64,000 nt of DNA, from positions 832,001-896,000 of the forward strand of contig OZ252239.1 in assembly GCA_965249485.1 (NCBI GenBank), given 5' to 3'. Below are positions 41,294-51,226 of the stretch, one piece after another. A program made the translations under genes and the position numbers. The notes under the pieces are model-generated. The model saw only the letters and a list, made by a program, of their open reading frames with translations. It made no database searches and was not told where the DNA came from. Each line of letters opens with the position of its first letter. Position 1 is the first letter of the stretch. The DNA is from a bacterium. Its GTDB lineage: Bacteria; SM23-31.

Positions 41294-41911
41294 TCAGGGC
41301 TGTTTTTTGAGATCGGTGAATACGGTCTTTAGATCGCATGCTAATTCATTCGTGTCTGATCGGTAAAAATCGCAACGGGTCTCAAGGATTTTCCTCAATT
41401 TTTCTCTGGCACGGTGCAGCCGAATTTTGACAGTATTGAGGCTGATTCCGAGAATTTCTGCAATCTCACGGTTTGTGAAATCTTCAATTTCACTGAGTAC
41501 AAGTACTGTTTTGTAATTTGACGAGAGTGTGTCAATGAAGTTTCGAATGCACGTATTCATCTCTTTTCGGACAATCTGATTCTCTGCTAACGGCATCTTC
41601 TTTCCACTCCAGACTTTTTTATTCTCCTCGTGATCTGGTTCAATGTCTTCGGATACGGTCTTCTTCTGTAATCGTTTATATGCGGAACCACGCATCCTGT
41701 CAATTGCTGTGTTGGTTGCAATTCTGTAAATCCACGTTGACAGGCTCGATTTGCCTTTAAATGAATATAATCCATTGAGAATTTTTATGAATGCTTCCTG
41801 TGTAAGATCTTCGGCATCTTCCCGATTACCGGTCACTCTCAGCAGATAATGGAGGATTTTAGTATGATATTCTTTATGGATTTTTTGAAAATGGAGAGTA
41901 GTTTCTGTCAT
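41294..41911 (-). CDS. ECF sigma factor with C-terminal Cys-containing extension
   Basis: DAEDLTQEAFIK, TWIYRIATN, TVKIRLHRAREKL, then RCDFYRSDTNELAC; no anti-sigma gene adjacent. Confidence 0.9.
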   Translation of the reverse strand: MTETTLHFQKIHKEYHTKILHYLLRVTGNREDAEDLTQEAFIKILNGLYSFKGKSSLSTWIYRIATNTAIDRMRGSAYKRLQKKTVSEDIEPDHEENKKVWSGKKMPLAENQIVRKEMNTCIRNFIDTLSSNYKTVLVLSEIEDFTNREIAEILGISLNTVKIRLHRAREKLRKILETRCDFYRSDTNELACDLKTVFTDLKKQP

Positions 41912-42341
41912 TATGCACCCCCTCAGAAATCATTTTGATCTTTTCTGCAATAATGATTGCTTATATTCTTTTGAGAGCAGAAATAATGCAATAATATGAA
42001 CAATCGTCACATTCCCGGTGGAAAAATAAGCACACAAACAATCTATGTATTATACGTCATGTTTTTTGAGAGGACAAAAATACATACGGTAATATGAATC
42101 AAAAAACAAGTCAAATGTATTGTAGATACTCAATTGAAATGATTGATAAATATTGACATAGTTGCCAGAAGTATGTACCTTAGATTAAGCATCACAGAGT
42201 AGTAACCATATCTTAATACATTCAATATAATCAGATCTATTTTTCTCAAAGAACCTCAGAGTTTTCATATCTATACATAGAGATCAATAAATTGAATACC
42301 GTTTTTTCAATTTTATTTAGAGCAATTGGGAGGATATATCC

Positions 42342-43730
42342 ATGAATCGGTTTATGGTTGTATTGATTATATTGGTGGTGCTGATTGCCGGTGTGGTTGA
42401 AATGTCAGTCTCACAATCCACACATGAAATTATCCCTGAGCGTGAGCGGGTACAAATTATGGACAGTTGGCTGAAGTGGAAATTTGAACATGTGCTGCCC
42501 GGAATCATGCAGGGTGAAGACATCGATTTATGGATCGTGCGCAACAACGAAGGGCCGGTGTACCTCTCGCTGCTTTCAACTGATTACGAGGGATTAGTTC
42601 TCAGCACACCTTCATTTCTTATTTTACACGATCAGGGCCCCGGAAAAGGGATTGAGCGGCTGGAAGGAAACTATGCTGACCTGCCGCAGATTATCGAAAA
42701 GCAGAATCCGTCAGCAATCGGCATCAATATTTCAGATGAAGGCTGGCGTCGTGGGGATGGATTTTTTCCCACCGATGTAGAGGATTTCAAAAATGATCTG
42801 GGACGTAAATATGCTTCAAGAATAGTATCGGCAGCGAATCTAAGCATTGAATGGCTTACGTCAAAATCTCCTCAGGAACTCAATACCTATCGTTATGCTG
42901 TCCGTGTGGCACGTTCGATCATTGCAAAAGCTTTTTCGAACGACGTCATCATTCCCGATGTTACTACCACAGCCAACTTGAACTGGTGGTTGGTACAAGC
43001 CTATCTCGATAATGATTTTCTCGTTGTCGATCACCCCTCAGTTTCAATAACCCGGAGTAAGGACGAAATTCCGAAATATCCCGAATCTGCTCACTATTTC
43101 GAAGGTCAGAGCAGAATCGGCAATGGAGTCGATATAGTTATCAGACGGGGAGACCTTGTTGGGTGCGATTCCGGTATAAAATATATGGGGATCAATACCG
43201 ATACCAAAGCGTATGCCTATGTTTTGAAGGATGGTGAAACCGACGCTCCTGAGGGATTAAAACAGGGACTACGGAATGGCAACAGGGTGCAGGATATTTT
43301 CACGACAGAATGGAGAGTAGGACAGACCGGAGATGAAATCGCCCGGAGAGCTGCACAGAAAGCTGTTGGCGAAGATCTGCGTCCAAGAATTTACAGCCAC
43401 CCGATCAGCTACTTTCTCAAACGGTACGGTAGGAGTGGTTTATATTTTACCCGCGAGCATTTCTTTCCCGGAACGTCATTCAATTCGGAAAGCAGGAATG
43501 CCGGTACTCGGGATCCGCACGATGTTCGGAGCGGGTCGTATTACTCTATAAGAAGTGGTGATTATCCGCTCCATTATAACACAATAACCTCACTAGAACT
43601 TAGTAATACAACATACATTCCCGAATGGGGTAGGGATATAGAATACAGGCTTGAAGAGAATGTGATGTTTACCGAGCGGGGTGTTAAATATCTCGATACC
43701 CGCCAGACCGAATTTCACCTGATACAGTAG
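42342..43730 (+). CDS. Exported M24 (Xaa-Pro aminopeptidase-like) peptidase
   Basis: RRGDLVGCDSG..NTD, YSHP, LEL, LEE metal-ligand pattern; signal peptide. Confidence 0.82.
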   Translation: MNRFMVVLIILVVLIAGVVEMSVSQSTHEIIPERERVQIMDSWLKWKFEHVLPGIMQGEDIDLWIVRNNEGPVYLSLLSTDYEGLVLSTPSFLILHDQGPGKGIERLEGNYADLPQIIEKQNPSAIGINISDEGWRRGDGFFPTDVEDFKNDLGRKYASRIVSAANLSIEWLTSKSPQELNTYRYAVRVARSIIAKAFSNDVIIPDVTTTANLNWWLVQAYLDNDFLVVDHPSVSITRSKDEIPKYPESAHYFEGQSRIGNGVDIVIRRGDLVGCDSGIKYMGINTDTKAYAYVLKDGETDAPEGLKQGLRNGNRVQDIFTTEWRVGQTGDEIARRAAQKAVGEDLRPRIYSHPISYFLKRYGRSGLYFTREHFFPGTSFNSESRNAGTRDPHDVRSGSYYSIRSGDYPLHYNTITSLELSNTTYIPEWGRDIEYRLEENVMFTERGVKYLDTRQTEFHLIQ

Positions 43731-43891
43731 TGGGTATCTCAAGAATATTATACGTACTAAATTTTATTTTAATGTCTTTGCTAGGAACGTGACGACGTTG
43801 CAATCTGTGGTTTGAGCAACTTTAATTTTATGTATTTATATGTATAGTGAGTCAATCAAATAAAATGTGATTTATTAACGCTAAGGGGTAT

Positions 43892-45313
43892 ATGATGAAA
43901 ACATTAAAAATTATCAGTATTGCGCTGCTTGTTGCACAGATATTTGCTGGATGCGGTACTTCGAAATACGATGAAATTTTTTCAACTGATAATTTCAGCA
44001 ACCTCCTGCCACAACGTGCAGAAGTCGAATTGATTGAGGAATGGCTCCAGTGGAAGATCGACAATTTCCTGCCCGAACTCATGGAGCGGGAAGGTATTGA
44101 AATGTGGATTATTACAGAAGAGGACACAAGGCTCTATCCGTTTCTGATCCACGCAAACAATGACGGTTTTGTCGGCCGGAACAGCTTCTATCTTGCTATT
44201 GCTCATAAAGCAGGTCAAGTAGGTGTCGAGCGGTACATGATCGGCAACTCCGATAGTTTCCGTGAGTGGGGACCTATGTTTCCGGATCAGGTGTTTACAC
44301 AGTCGGGAAGCCTCGAAAAACTTTCGGGAATCGTAACTGAATTAAGACCTGGAAAAATTGCGGCAGGTGCTGCATGGAACAACGATCTCGAAGTAGCGCT
44401 CGGACCGACGCTCTCTAACAGGCTTGTTGCCGCGGACCGGATTGCGGGGCTCTGGATGGAATACAGGACACCACATCAGCTCGAGGCATATAAGACAGTT
44501 ATCGATCTTACCCACGACCTTATTGCAGGCGGCTTTTCGAGCGATGTTGTAACGCCAGACGTCACAACCTCGAACGATATCAACTGGTGGGTAAAACAGC
44601 GGGTTTCCGACCTTGGATTTGATGATAATTTCGGTCCGACCGTCATGGTATGGAGAAGTCTTGAAGAAAATGAAAAGTACGGTGACCAGGAAGAAAAATT
44701 CCGGATCGATATTCCTCCGCACAACCTTTACGAAACGGTTATCAGGCGTGGTGATGTGCTCTCATGCGATATTGGTATCCGGTATCTCGGCCTCTCAACC
44801 GACATTCAGCAGGTAGCCTACGTGCTGAAAGAAGGCGAATCGGATGTCCCGGAAGGACTCAAGGAAGCACTGCGCCGTGGTAACAGGCTGCAGGATATCC
44901 TTATTGAAGAATTCAAGGAAGGGCTCACTGGGAATGAAATACTCTTTGCAACACTTGACAGGGCAAAAGCAGAAGGACTCAGACCCGAGGTCTATTGCCA
45001 TACAATGGGGTCGTACATCCACCGATACGGATTTAAAGGCGGTGTCATGCCGAAAACTTATGCAGGTTTCGGCCCGTCGGTCGGATCCGAAGGACATTTC
45101 GACGAAAACGGCAACCAGTTATCAACACGGAACGGTGAACGGGTAGTCAATACGAACACAATTTATTCAATGGAACTCGACATCACGTATGCCTTGCCTG
45201 AATGGAACAGCCAGGATATCCGGATCGTTCTTGAAGAAGATGTTGCCTTTACGTCGGATGACGGGCTCTTTTTTCCCGGCGGCCGCCAGACCGAATGGCT
45301 TGTGATCCGATAA
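43892..45313 (+). CDS. M24-family peptidase lipoprotein, paralog of upstream gene
   Basis: Lipobox FAGC; RRGDVLSCDIG..STD, YCH, MEL, LEED. Confidence 0.82.
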   Translation: MMKTLKIISIALLVAQIFAGCGTSKYDEIFSTDNFSNLLPQRAEVELIEEWLQWKIDNFLPELMEREGIEMWIITEEDTRLYPFLIHANNDGFVGRNSFYLAIAHKAGQVGVERYMIGNSDSFREWGPMFPDQVFTQSGSLEKLSGIVTELRPGKIAAGAAWNNDLEVALGPTLSNRLVAADRIAGLWMEYRTPHQLEAYKTVIDLTHDLIAGGFSSDVVTPDVTTSNDINWWVKQRVSDLGFDDNFGPTVMVWRSLEENEKYGDQEEKFRIDIPPHNLYETVIRRGDVLSCDIGIRYLGLSTDIQQVAYVLKEGESDVPEGLKEALRRGNRLQDILIEEFKEGLTGNEILFATLDRAKAEGLRPEVYCHTMGSYIHRYGFKGGVMPKTYAGFGPSVGSEGHFDENGNQLSTRNGERVVNTNTIYSMELDITYALPEWNSQDIRIVLEEDVAFTSDDGLFFPGGRQTEWLVIR

Positions 45314-45486
45314 TGAATCCCGTCGACCGTAATACCGGTTCATTGTGTTATTGATCCGGGACGAAGCGGAGATATCTCAGTCAAAAAATTTTCCGAATTC
45401 TTAGAGTTCGGCATTAAATATAATTTCATTTTTTGACCTATTGCTAGCACAGCTCACGTAACAATCAGATAGCCAAAAGGAGAACT

Positions 45487-47052
45487 ATGCACTCTTTTTT
45501 GATAATCCTTATCCTGCTGATGACAGTAACGCCAACACTGTCTCTTACTCAGCCACTGCACCACGAGAATCCCCCATCCGAACAGGATATCAGAGCATTA
45601 GTCCGTGAATACCTGACGGAGCATCAGCATGCAATTATAGATAGATATATCGAACTGCTCTCATTGCCGAACCATTCATATAACAGCGAAGATATTCTTA
45701 GAAATGCAGACTTCATTGTAGATTTAATGGAAAAGAGAGGTATAAAGACAAAGGTGTATGACGGCGGGCATGAGAATCCAAAAAATCCTGTCATTTACGG
45801 TGAACGAATTGTTCCGAATGCTGAGCGGACACTTCTTTTTTATGCTCACTATGATGGGCAGCGTGTCATTCCTGAACGATGGACAGATTCAACCCCCTTT
45901 TCACCGGTACTTCGCCCTGGAAAACTTGAAGCGGGTACCAATGAGCCTAAACCCATTCAATTTCCTGACAAAAAGACGCCGTACGAAGATGACTGGCGGA
46001 TTTATGCCAGATCGGCGAGCGATGATAAGGCTCCTTTTATTGCGATACTGGCGGCTATCGATGCCGTGACAGATAGAGGAATTGAACTGAATAATTCCAT
46101 AAAATTCGTTTTTGATGGTGCCGAGGAAGAAGGTTCCGCACATCTGATCGATTTTTTCGAATCGAATTCTGAACTGCTTACCTGCGACGTTGTATTCATC
46201 TGTGACGGCCCGGTCTATCCGACCGGGCAGCCGACACTCTTTTTCGGTAACAGGGGAATTCAAAGTTTGACTCTTACCGTGTACGGCCCCAACACAAATC
46301 TACACAGCGGACATTACGGAAACTGGGCTCCAAATCCGGCATATAAACTGGCACGGCTCCTCACAAGTTTCAAAGATGAAAATGGCACTGTTGTTGTAAA
46401 AGACTTCTATGATACGATCGCACCACTCAACAACCGTGAACTCCGGGCGTTGCAAGAACTTCCGAAACTCGATGAACTGCTCAGAAATCAGTACGAATTT
46501 GCCGTTCCCGATGGTTCGGGCAAAAGTCTCAACGAGTTGATATACCGTCCCTCATTGAATATCAGAATGCTCGAAAGCGGTATGAACCGTACCATTATTC
46601 CTCATCAGGCCAGCGCCCTGATGGATATACGTCTAGTCAAAGGGACCGACGGATCCGATCTAATAGCAAAACTTACAAAACATATCGAAAATCAAGGATA
46701 TCTCATAGTCGAAGAAGATCCCGGCCATGAAATCAGAATGACCAACCCGAACATTGCAAAAATTACTGCCGGTACACCCACACCTGCATCCCGGACGTCG
46801 ATGGAACTACTCGTATCCCTTGGTATTATTGCTACCATGTTAAAAACATTCGATGGCGATGTGGCTCTCATACCGTCACTTGGTGGAACGGGTCCGACCT
46901 ATATGTTTACCGATCTGCTCGATCTTCCTGCAATAGGCGTCCCGATTGCAAATCCCGACAATAATCAGCATCAGTATGATGAGAACATCCGGATAGGTAA
47001 TCTCTGGCGTGGAATTGAGACCATGGCTGCTCTGCTCGTGGCGGATTGGTAA
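45487..47052 (+). CDS. Exported M20/M25/M40 metallopeptidase
   Basis: YAHYDG, ARSASDDK, GAEEEGS, HSGHYGN, NNQHQYDEN. Confidence 0.9.
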   Translation: MHSFLIILILLMTVTPTLSLTQPLHHENPPSEQDIRALVREYLTEHQHAIIDRYIELLSLPNHSYNSEDILRNADFIVDLMEKRGIKTKVYDGGHENPKNPVIYGERIVPNAERTLLFYAHYDGQRVIPERWTDSTPFSPVLRPGKLEAGTNEPKPIQFPDKKTPYEDDWRIYARSASDDKAPFIAILAAIDAVTDRGIELNNSIKFVFDGAEEEGSAHLIDFFESNSELLTCDVVFICDGPVYPTGQPTLFFGNRGIQSLTLTVYGPNTNLHSGHYGNWAPNPAYKLARLLTSFKDENGTVVVKDFYDTIAPLNNRELRALQELPKLDELLRNQYEFAVPDGSGKSLNELIYRPSLNIRMLESGMNRTIIPHQASALMDIRLVKGTDGSDLIAKLTKHIENQGYLIVEEDPGHEIRMTNPNIAKITAGTPTPASRTSMELLVSLGIIATMLKTFDGDVALIPSLGGTGPTYMFTDLLDLPAIGVPIANPDNNQHQYDENIRIGNLWRGIETMAALLVADW

Positions 47053-47268
47053 GAGATAACAGGGAATATTATAAATAACCATTTGACTTTGGGAAAAATA
47101 TTCGTATTTTTACGCCGGATATTATATTCCAGTTGCTGTCCGGGTTTGTGCATTCCTCAGTTTACTCAATCATCATGTAACGCGCGATTTTTTCACTTCC
47201 GGAACATAGAGTATAATTGGATTATTTTAGATTCACATATCAGGGAAATTTCGCCCAACGATAGATAA

Positions 47269-48012
47269 ATGACTATGAAAACACAAACACGACGGGAATT
47301 TTTAAAAAAGAGTGCCTCCGCCGGAGGCGTTGTAGCAGGTGGGATATTGATAGGGTCCCTGCCGGCATTATCATGCAATTCAACAACACCACGTTATAGA
47401 GAAGAGGAGCAACACATGGCACATGAATTACCACCATTACCATATGCATATGACGCATTTACCGAAGTAATCGATGAACAGACGATGCGTCTTCACCATG
47501 ATATACATCATCAAGGTTATGTAAACGGCCTCAATAAAGCAGAGCAGATGCTTACCGGGGCACGGGACAATAGCGATTTCGGGCTAGTAAAATACTGGGA
47601 AAAAGAACTTGCATTCCACGGCTCGGGACACGCTCTGCACACGATTTTCTGGAATAATCTCTCCCCGAACGGAGGTGGGACACCTTCAGGTGATTTGGGC
47701 AGTGCAATCGACAGGGATTTCGGCAGTTTTGACAAGTTCAACGCACATTTTCTGGCTTCAACCAATGGCGTCGAAGGAAGCGGCTGGGGCATCCTTGCCT
47801 ACCATAAAGCATGGGACAAACTCAACGTGCTGCAAGTCGAAAAACACCACGACGTAACTGTCTTCGGTGCGGTTCCGCTTTTAGCGGTCGATGTGTGGGA
47901 ACATGCATATTACCTGAAATACCAGAACAAGCGTCCTGAGTACACAAAAAACATTTTCAATATCTTCAATTGGGAAGATGTCGCACAGCGGTATGCAGAT
48001 GCACGCGGCTAA
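47269..48012 (+). CDS. sod: Fe/Mn superoxide dismutase with Tat/lipoprotein leader and internal second start at 47416
   Basis: TRREFLK, ALSC lipobox-like motif; HHDIHH, GSGHALH, GSGW, DVWEHAYY. Confidence 0.93.
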   Translation: MTMKTQTRREFLKKSASAGGVVAGGILIGSLPALSCNSTTPRYREEEQHMAHELPPLPYAYDAFTEVIDEQTMRLHHDIHHQGYVNGLNKAEQMLTGARDNSDFGLVKYWEKELAFHGSGHALHTIFWNNLSPNGGGTPSGDLGSAIDRDFGSFDKFNAHFLASTNGVEGSGWGILAYHKAWDKLNVLQVEKHHDVTVFGAVPLLAVDVWEHAYYLKYQNKRPEYTKNIFNIFNWEDVAQRYADARG

Positions 48013-48057
48013 CCCGTACATGCAGTGGTAGAAAGATAATTTCCAGGATGAAAATTC

Positions 48058-48092
48058 GAGCCGGTCTCGTATGATACGAGATCGGCTTTATT
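48058..48092 (+). terminator. Intrinsic terminator after sod
   Basis: GAGCCGGTCTCGTA-tga-TACGAGATCGGCTT followed by TATT. Confidence 0.75.
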
Positions 48093-48125
48093 GTGCCTAG
48101 TCTCTTTATTTTAACTCCATAAAAA

Positions 48126-48182
48126 TATTTTTAGACAAGGCTAAAAATAATGTTTGCATATCCTCATTTGTTTTTGTATACT
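48126..48182 (+). promoter_or_regulatory. DtxR/MntR-like operator (TATTTTTAG-N6-CTAAAAATA) next to sigma70 promoter TTGCAT-N17-TATACT
   Basis: Perfect 9-bp inverted repeat 48126-48149 with TTAG-N6-CTAA core; -35 at 48154-48159, -10 at 48177-48182. Confidence 0.7.
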
Positions 48183-48257
48183 GTTACTCATTGCATCTAA
48201 CCTTTGAAGAAATATTACAATTCAAACTATAAATGTTATGAGAAACAACACAAAAAT

Positions 48258-49469
48258 ATGCACAAAAATATATTTGCATTCGATAGATATTGCCGGAGCA
48301 ATCCGTCAAAAACCGCATTCGCTTTTTTCCTTTTCGGAATGTTCGCCTGTGGCGAACTCCTAACAGAAGCACCCACCGAGGGAGATACACTCGACGGAAC
48401 ACTTTCCGGAATTTCATCCGAGTTAAATGCATCATTTGCTCGCGGAGATGAAGCATTCGAGAAGGTTTTTACTGTATCATCCGGACTGGGACCCATTTTT
48501 AACCAGCCGAGCTGTGAAACGTGCCATCCGGGTGACGGCAGAGGAACACCCGAAACAATTCTGATCCGTTTCAGCAGAGGGGCCGATTTCATAGAAAATG
48601 AAGGTGGAGGACAGTTGCAGGACAAAAGTATCACAGGTGTACCGCAAGAGATTCTGCCATCTGGCGTCGATACATCACCAAGAATGGCGCCTCCGGTGTT
48701 CGGGATGGGACTCATCGAAGGGATTCCGGACGAAACGCTTCTTGCACTCGAAGACCCGGACGATCTTGACGGAAACGGTATTTCAGGCAGAGTGAATAGA
48801 GTGCCTTCTATCGAAACCGGCGCCATGGAAATCGGTCGGTTCGGCAGAAAAGCTAATACTGCTACGCTTGTTGATCAGGTCTCGCTTGCCTATCATCAGG
48901 ATATTGGTATTACAACCGACGTAATTCCTGATGAGAATCGACATCCGCAAGCAGGGAATGTTGCGCTGGGTGATGTTGTTCCCGATCCGGAACTTCCGAT
49001 TTCAACCGTTTTTGATGTGGTGATGTATATCCGGCTGCTCGCCCCGCCGGACAGGGGTTCTGAAACAGCAGAAACAGAACGGGGAAAAACCATTTTCGAT
49101 GAAATAGAATGTTCTGCGTGCCATGTTCCGTCACTGCAAACCGGTCCGAATGTGATACCGCAGCTTGACCGTGTTGATGCCGAACTTTACTCCGATCTGC
49201 TACTCCACGATATGGGACCAGAACTTGCAGATAATAGGCCTGACCATGGAGCGACGGGTACGGAATGGCGGACACTGCCACTCTGGGGTCTCCGCGTTGC
49301 AGGTAAAGCGCTCGGAGGAAATGTTACGTACCTCCATGATGGTAGAACATCCGACTTATCAGAGGCGATTAGGCTTCACGGTGGAGAAGCAGAAATGGTA
49401 CGGAATAGATTTAACGACCTTTCCGAAGAAGACCGGAACGCATTACTTGCGTTTCTCTTATCATTATAA
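48258..49469 (+). CDS. Di-heme oxidoreductase family (DHOR/DUF1111) lipoprotein
   Basis: MFAC lipobox-like motif; GLGPIFN..SCETCH, FGMGLIEGIP, GRFGRKA, CSACH, LLHDMG, WRTLPLWG, YLHDGR; exact start uncertain. Confidence 0.9.
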   Translation: MHKNIFAFDRYCRSNPSKTAFAFFLFGMFACGELLTEAPTEGDTLDGTLSGISSELNASFARGDEAFEKVFTVSSGLGPIFNQPSCETCHPGDGRGTPETILIRFSRGADFIENEGGGQLQDKSITGVPQEILPSGVDTSPRMAPPVFGMGLIEGIPDETLLALEDPDDLDGNGISGRVNRVPSIETGAMEIGRFGRKANTATLVDQVSLAYHQDIGITTDVIPDENRHPQAGNVALGDVVPDPELPISTVFDVVMYIRLLAPPDRGSETAETERGKTIFDEIECSACHVPSLQTGPNVIPQLDRVDAELYSDLLLHDMGPELADNRPDHGATGTEWRTLPLWGLRVAGKALGGNVTYLHDGRTSDLSEAIRLHGGEAEMVRNRFNDLSEEDRNALLAFLLSL

Positions 49470-49480
49470 TGTGAATAATT

Positions 49481-49933
49481 ATGAGATCACTTGATAAGAA
49501 CATAACACGGAGAAGATTTATCAAACAGTCAACCAAATCCGTCGTTGCTGCAAGTTGTACAGCATATGGATTTTCCGGTTGTGCGATAACTCAGACTTAC
49601 AAAGGTACTACCCGAAATGGAATGTTTACCGGCGTTATTGCAGAATATCCGGAGATTTCGACAGCAGGAGGAGCGATCATTCTCGAAGCTGAAGGGCTGC
49701 AAGAACCGGTTGCGGTAATCAATATTGACGGGGCTGAAATCAGAGCGTTTTCTGCACTGTGCGCGCATATGGGCTGCACTGTCGGCGTATCGCAGAATTT
49801 TTTCCTCTGTCCCTGTCACGGTTCGACCTATGACCTCACCGGCTCGGTTGTCCGCGGTCCTGCACAAAAAGGGCTAAAACGGTATCCTGTCACGGTGAGT
49901 AGCGGTTCGTTTACTATCGATCTCAGCAGATAA
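49481..49933 (+). CDS. Tat-exported Rieske [2Fe-2S] lipoprotein
   Basis: TRRRFIK, FSGC, CAHMGC and CPCHGSTY. Confidence 0.9.
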   Translation: MRSLDKNITRRRFIKQSTKSVVAASCTAYGFSGCAITQTYKGTTRNGMFTGVIAEYPEISTAGGAIILEAEGLQEPVAVINIDGAEIRAFSALCAHMGCTVGVSQNFFLCPCHGSTYDLTGSVVRGPAQKGLKRYPVTVSSGSFTIDLSR

Positions 49934-49945
49934 AGGATTCAATAC

Positions 49946-51121
49946 ATGAAGCGAAATAGATTACTTTTTTTCACACTTTTTTTCACACTTGTCACTGCTC
50001 AACATCTGTGGGCATTTCAGGACATACGCGACGTACCTTTTATCCGGGGTGGAGCGTATGATAAACCCTATCTCTATAAACTTGCATCCGGTAGAGCTGC
50101 ACTCGGTGGGTACGCTGAGACTCATTTCAGGTTTGAACGGGAAGAAGGAGTGACCGAAGAGCTAACCTTCGTTCCGAAACGGTTCAATCTCTTTATGCAT
50201 GCAAATGTTTCTCAGCGTGTGCAGATGGCAGCCGAACTAGAATTCGAAGAAGGGACTGAAGAGATTCTCCTTGAACTTGCTGTCATCGATTTCAGGCTCC
50301 ACCATACACTGACTTTCAGGGGAGGTATGCTCCTGTCGCCGCTCGGGAAGTTCAATCTGGCACACGACAGCCCGGCAAATAAAATGACTGACCGGCCGCT
50401 TGTCAGTACACAAATCATCCCGACAACTCTATCTGAACCCGGCATGGGAATTCTCGGATCGTTTTATCCGTCTGCACAATCCCGAATAACATATGAACTC
50501 TATGCAGTAAATGGTTTCACCTCCGATATCATAAACGAAAGTCCCGAGGGGACGCGTATTGCGGAGGGGAAACACAATATCGAAGATAACAACAATTCGC
50601 CGGCATTTGTCGGGCGGATCGGATATAGCCCAATATCGGAAACCGATCTCGGTTTTTCATGGCATTCCGGAAAATATAATGTTACCGAACTTGACGGTCT
50701 CACTATCGATGAAGACAGGAACCTGACAATTCTTGCACTCGACGGGGAAGTGAGACGAGGCAGGTATGAACTGCTTGGCGAATATGCTCATGCATCGATC
50801 GATATCCCGGCAAACCTTGCGGGGACAATATTTGCTTCAGGACAACAGGGATTCTACCTGCAGACTAGCGTAGCATTCCTGAACGAGAAAATCGCGACGA
50901 TCCCGGAATCATATTTTGAAGGGGTTGTCCGGTACGACAGGGTTGATTTTGATACGGATGTTGATGGTGACACCCATACACGGCTGACACTCGGATTAAA
51001 TTTCCGGCCAACAGCCGATTCGGTCCTCAAACTCAACTATGCTTACAACTGGATGCGTGATGGCCTCAATGTTGAAACGAACAGCGCAGGCATCCTTTTC
51101 AGCTTTGCAACATACTTTTGA
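49946..51121 (+). CDS. Outer-membrane porin-like beta-barrel (OprO/OprP-like)
   Basis: Signal peptide, ELEFE, NLAHDSP..DRP, alternating beta strands, C-terminal Phe. Confidence 0.75.
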   Translation: MKRNRLLFFTLFFTLVTAQHLWAFQDIRDVPFIRGGAYDKPYLYKLASGRAALGGYAETHFRFEREEGVTEELTFVPKRFNLFMHANVSQRVQMAAELEFEEGTEEILLELAVIDFRLHHTLTFRGGMLLSPLGKFNLAHDSPANKMTDRPLVSTQIIPTTLSEPGMGILGSFYPSAQSRITYELYAVNGFTSDIINESPEGTRIAEGKHNIEDNNNSPAFVGRIGYSPISETDLGFSWHSGKYNVTELDGLTIDEDRNLTILALDGEVRRGRYELLGEYAHASIDIPANLAGTIFASGQQGFYLQTSVAFLNEKIATIPESYFEGVVRYDRVDFDTDVDGDTHTRLTLGLNFRPTADSVLKLNYAYNWMRDGLNVETNSAGILFSFATYF

Positions 51122-51226
51122 TGTGCCGCTTTAATCAAACAACGGGAAAATCAGAAATAATTGCTGGAACATTTGAATTCAAATGCATATAATATCATCA
51201 ATTGTGGAACACATGGAGATACTCCT

